The position numbers were made by a program, and so were the translations under genes. Positions 55,021 through 57,596 of a stretch of 57,596 bases of DNA are shown here, piece after piece; position 1 is the first letter of the stretch, and every line of letters begins with the position of its first letter. The notes under the pieces were generated by a model. It ran no database searches, was not told the DNA's origin, and worked only from the letters and a program-made list of their open reading frames with translations. The stretch lies in contig JABMRA010000087.1 in NCBI GenBank assembly GCA_013202925.1, positions 1 through 57,596 of the forward strand, given 5' to 3'. This stretch comes from Candidatus Omnitrophota bacterium (lineage in GTDB: Bacteria; Omnitrophota; Gorgyraeia; Gorgyraeales; Gorgyraeaceae).

Positions 55021-57596
55021 ATGGGCAAAAGGCAGACAGGTAATTTACAAGTAGCTTTTCCGCGAAAAACCCCTCCTTACAGAGTTTTTTTCACATGGGA
55101 GATAACATACAATTGTAACTATCGCTGCACTTATTGCCATGCCCCAAAACCAGGGAATCCTGATACAAGAAAAACGACTTCTCTGGACGCAAAGAAATGG
55201 ATAGGGATATGGGACGATGTGTATAAGAATTACGGGGCATGTTTTATTCTTATAAGCGGCGGGGAGCCCTTTGCCTACCCGTCTTTTATGGATCTGGTAA
55301 CGCAGCTTCATAAAAAACACATAATCGAACTTTGCACAAATCTGGAATGGGATGTGAAGCCATTTGTAAAAAATATGGATCCAAAAAGGATAAAGGTCGC
55401 GACCAGCCTGCACCCGGAGTTTGCCGATCTGGACAGGTTTTTGCATAGGCTGAAACTTCTGAAGGACAATGGCTTCAGGACGCATGTGAATTTTGTCCCA
55501 TGGCCCCCGTTTTTAGAAAGAATGGCGGAATACAAGGAAAAGGTGGAGGCGCTGGGCGTTCAATTTATATTGCAGCCTTTTATAGGAGATTATGAGGGCA
55601 GGAGATATCCTCAGGGTTACACTGAATCCGAAAGAGAATATTTTAAGATATTCAAGGATTCCTGTAATATAAGCACGCTCGATTTCAAGACGACCAACGA
55701 ATCCAACAAGAAAGGCAAACTCTGCAGAATGGGACAGAATTACGCATTTATTCATCCTGACGGGGCTGCAGACAGGTGCTGTAAGGATCACAGCGTAGCA
55801 TTGGGTAATGTGATAGACAAGACATTTAGGTTGCTGGAAGAGCCGGCTGCCTGCACAATCGAAGAATGCAACTGCTGGCGGTGCATGCTCGTAGAGAAAG
55901 AACCTGAATGGGTAAATCACTGGGGCTGGGCCGAGATAGAAGACATAGAGCCAGTCGCTATAAAATCAGAACCCTCCGGAGCGAGGCAGGGCGAGGTTTT
56001 GGATGGAAGGGATTCTGGTGCGAGGGTGGCGCTGGTACAGCTGCCGCCATGGGGAGTCTTTGATCCCCCTAACGCGCTTGCGCAGATGTCCAGCTATATA
56101 AAGCGGGACGGTCACAAGGCGGCAGTGTTTGATGTCAATGTCGGATTGTATAATAGCAAAAGAGAGCAGTATAAGACAGTATGGGCCATAGAGCAGAGCG
56201 GATTCTGGCATAATCAGGAGAATGTTTTAAAGTTCTTCAATGATAACAGCGAGACAATCAATGATTTCATCCAAAGGATTATTGCTGTTGAGCCAGAAGT
56301 CGTCGGCCTTTCCGTAAGCTCGGCTTCTTTGCACTTTGCGATGGAGTTTGTTAAGAAGATAAAAGAGAAGAGGCCTCAGGTAAAGATTGTTTTTGGAGGG
56401 GCCATGTTTTTTGTCCAGGTGGATATGGAATCCATTTTAAATAATGGCTGTGTGGACATAATTATTCTCGGGGAAGGAGAAGAATCCTTTTCCGAATTGC
56501 TGCAGATATTAAGGGATGGCAGGGACCTTGGATTATGCAGGGGGATATGCTTTAAAAAAGGCGGCAAGATAGTGAATACAGGGCCAAGGGAATACATGAA
56601 AAATCTGGATGAACTTCCGTTTCTGGATTTCAGTGATTTGCCTCTGGACAGATATGACCCGCCAGGGCATCTGGGCAGACATATTTCCCTTATGACAAGC
56701 CGCGGGTGCATACAGAATTGCGTGTTCTGTGGCCCAAAGGCCTACTGGCAGGGATTCAGGACAATGAGCGGTAAGCGCATCTATGATGAGATAAGGTACC
56801 ATATTGCCTTAAACCCAGATATAGAGCATATAGAATTCCTTGATCTGCTTTTTAATGGAAGCATTAAGACCTTAAATGACTTCTGTGATTTAATGATCAG
56901 CGACCCGCCTAAGCCGGGCTTAAAATGGCACGTCAATGCGATCATCAGGCCAGAGATGACTTTGGAGGTATTTCAGAAGATGAAGCGTGCCGGGTGCCAT
57001 CACATAACTTATGGCATTGAATCTGGCTCTCAAAGGGTCTTGGGCCTGATGAAAAAACGTTATAAGGTAAAAGATGCGGATGATGTCCTTGAGAATAATC
57101 ATAAGGCAGGCATAGAGGTTACCTGCAATTTTATGTTTGGCTTCCCCGGAGAGACAGAGGAGGATTTTCAAGAGACCCTTGATTTTTTAAGGCGCAATTC
57201 GAGATATATCACAACCGCCTATCCCAGTCGCACGTATTGCACAGTAGAGCCTTTTAGTTACATGGAAAAACAGATGGAAGAGTTTGATATGGTGCCGAAT
57301 AAGGATTATCCTATCTATTGGGAGTCGCGGGACAGCCGCAATAATTATCCTGAGAGGCTCAGGAGGTGCGAGGTGTTTTCCAGCCTGGCCTTATCCCTGG
57401 ACGTAGCAGTTGGGAGCGGGCTTCAGACCTCGGTGGAATTGGATAAATGGTTCAGTCTCGGTTTTTACTATCTTGCCAAAAAGGACAGCGGGTCAGCCAA
57501 AAGGTCTTTCCAGAATTACCTGAAACTGGACCCCAAAAATGAGGTTATAAATAATAAGATTCACGAGCTTGATAATGCGCTCAATGCAGACAGGCC
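55021..57596 (+). CDS. fusion of compact radical-SAM module 9 and a B12-binding radical SAM domain, 3'-truncated by the window edge (not in the supplied ORF track)
   Basis: My own translation from ATG 55021 has no stop to nt 57596. MGKRQTGNLQVAFPRKTPPYRVFFTWEITYNCNYRCTYC (Cys at nt 55114) ...LCRMGQNYAFIHPDGAADRCC..CTIEECNC.. linker ..VALVQLPPWGVFDPPNALAQMSSYIKRDGHKAAVFDVNV...SRGCIQNCVFC (Cys at nt 56707)...YGIESGSQRV...LGFYYLAKKDSGSAKRSF. The minus-strand track ORFs here are antisense artefacts. Confidence 0.8.
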   Translation, partial: MGKRQTGNLQVAFPRKTPPYRVFFTWEITYNCNYRCTYCHAPKPGNPDTRKTTSLDAKKWIGIWDDVYKNYGACFILISGGEPFAYPSFMDLVTQLHKKHIIELCTNLEWDVKPFVKNMDPKRIKVATSLHPEFADLDRFLHRLKLLKDNGFRTHVNFVPWPPFLERMAEYKEKVEALGVQFILQPFIGDYEGRRYPQGYTESEREYFKIFKDSCNISTLDFKTTNESNKKGKLCRMGQNYAFIHPDGAADRCCKDHSVALGNVIDKTFRLLEEPAACTIEECNCWRCMLVEKEPEWVNHWGWAEIEDIEPVAIKSEPSGARQGEVLDGRDSGARVALVQLPPWGVFDPPNALAQMSSYIKRDGHKAAVFDVNVGLYNSKREQYKTVWAIEQSGFWHNQENVLKFFNDNSETINDFIQRIIAVEPEVVGLSVSSASLHFAMEFVKKIKEKRPQVKIVFGGAMFFVQVDMESILNNGCVDIIILGEGEESFSELLQILRDGRDLGLCRGICFKKGGKIVNTGPREYMKNLDELPFLDFSDLPLDRYDPPGHLGRHISLMTSRGCIQNCVFCGPKAYWQGFRTMSGKRIYDEIRYHIALNPDIEHIEFLDLLFNGSIKTLNDFCDLMISDPPKPGLKWHVNAIIRPEMTLEVFQKMKRAGCHHITYGIESGSQRVLGLMKKRYKVKDADDVLENNHKAGIEVTCNFMFGFPGETEEDFQETLDFLRRNSRYITTAYPSRTYCTVEPFSYMEKQMEEFDMVPNKDYPIYWESRDSRNNYPERLRRCEVFSSLALSLDVAVGSGLQTSVELDKWFSLGFYYLAKKDSGSAKRSFQNYLKLDPKNEVINNKIHELDNALNADR

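Noticed and set aside
55045-57171. Series of minus-strand track ORFs (55045-55485, 55308-55535, 55513-55920, 55966-56211, 56376-56711, 56533-56802, 56920-57171)
   Set aside because: All lie antisense to a continuous + strand frame with clear radical-SAM and B12-binding motifs. They are low-complexity translations without recognisable motifs.

Overview
This 57.6-kb bacterial window has every recognisable gene on the + strand. It probably comes from an uncultivated anaerobe. That guess rests on the radical-SAM load, the type IV pilus genes and the many TPR-fused membrane glycosyltransferases, and I cannot verify taxonomy from sequence alone. Layout: (1) nt 1-2830, type IV pilus/pseudopilin genes with PilT. 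(2) nt 2976-3198, tRNA-Ala followed by an odd conserved trailer element. (3) nt 3278-10825, rsmE and a first glycosylation module: two TPR-fused GT-C membrane glycosyltransferases, GT2, a methyltransferase and a B12-binding radical SAM (rSAM). (4) nt 10922-15882, housekeeping genes cvpA-like, NIF3-like, dnaG and rpoD with a clean terminator. (5) nt 15999-19249, a tRNA hot spot: a methyltransferase, a promoter plus 39-nt tRNA-Met 5' half duplicated on both sides of a lone B12-rSAM gene, intact tRNA-Met with a second copy of the trailer element, a cloverleaf-like structured spacer, and tRNA-Val. (6) nt 19274-22402, Zn-ribbon coiled-coil protein, RNase HI, RNase P RNA, a PDZ protein and a HAMP protein. 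(7) nt 22.6 kb to the window end, a very large co-directional locus. It combines an ABC-transporter-dependent glycan pathway (GT4, WecA-like, flavoprotein, carbamoyltransferase, Wzm, and Wzt with two C-terminal binding domains) with 17 radical-SAM domains in about 22 kb. These include a 2074-aa GT2/coiled-coil/GT2/GT4/rSAM/rSAM protein, duplicated B12-rSAM plus SPASM-rSAM modules, and nine paralogous compact rSAM modules in six consecutive genes. Three of those six genes are tandem didomains. The last one is fused to a B12-rSAM, runs off the window and is absent from the ORF track. This rSAM battery is my best candidate for an undescribed system. The tRNA-linked structured elements are the second. 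I found no CRISPR array, integrase, transposase, rRNA or RiPP precursor ORF.
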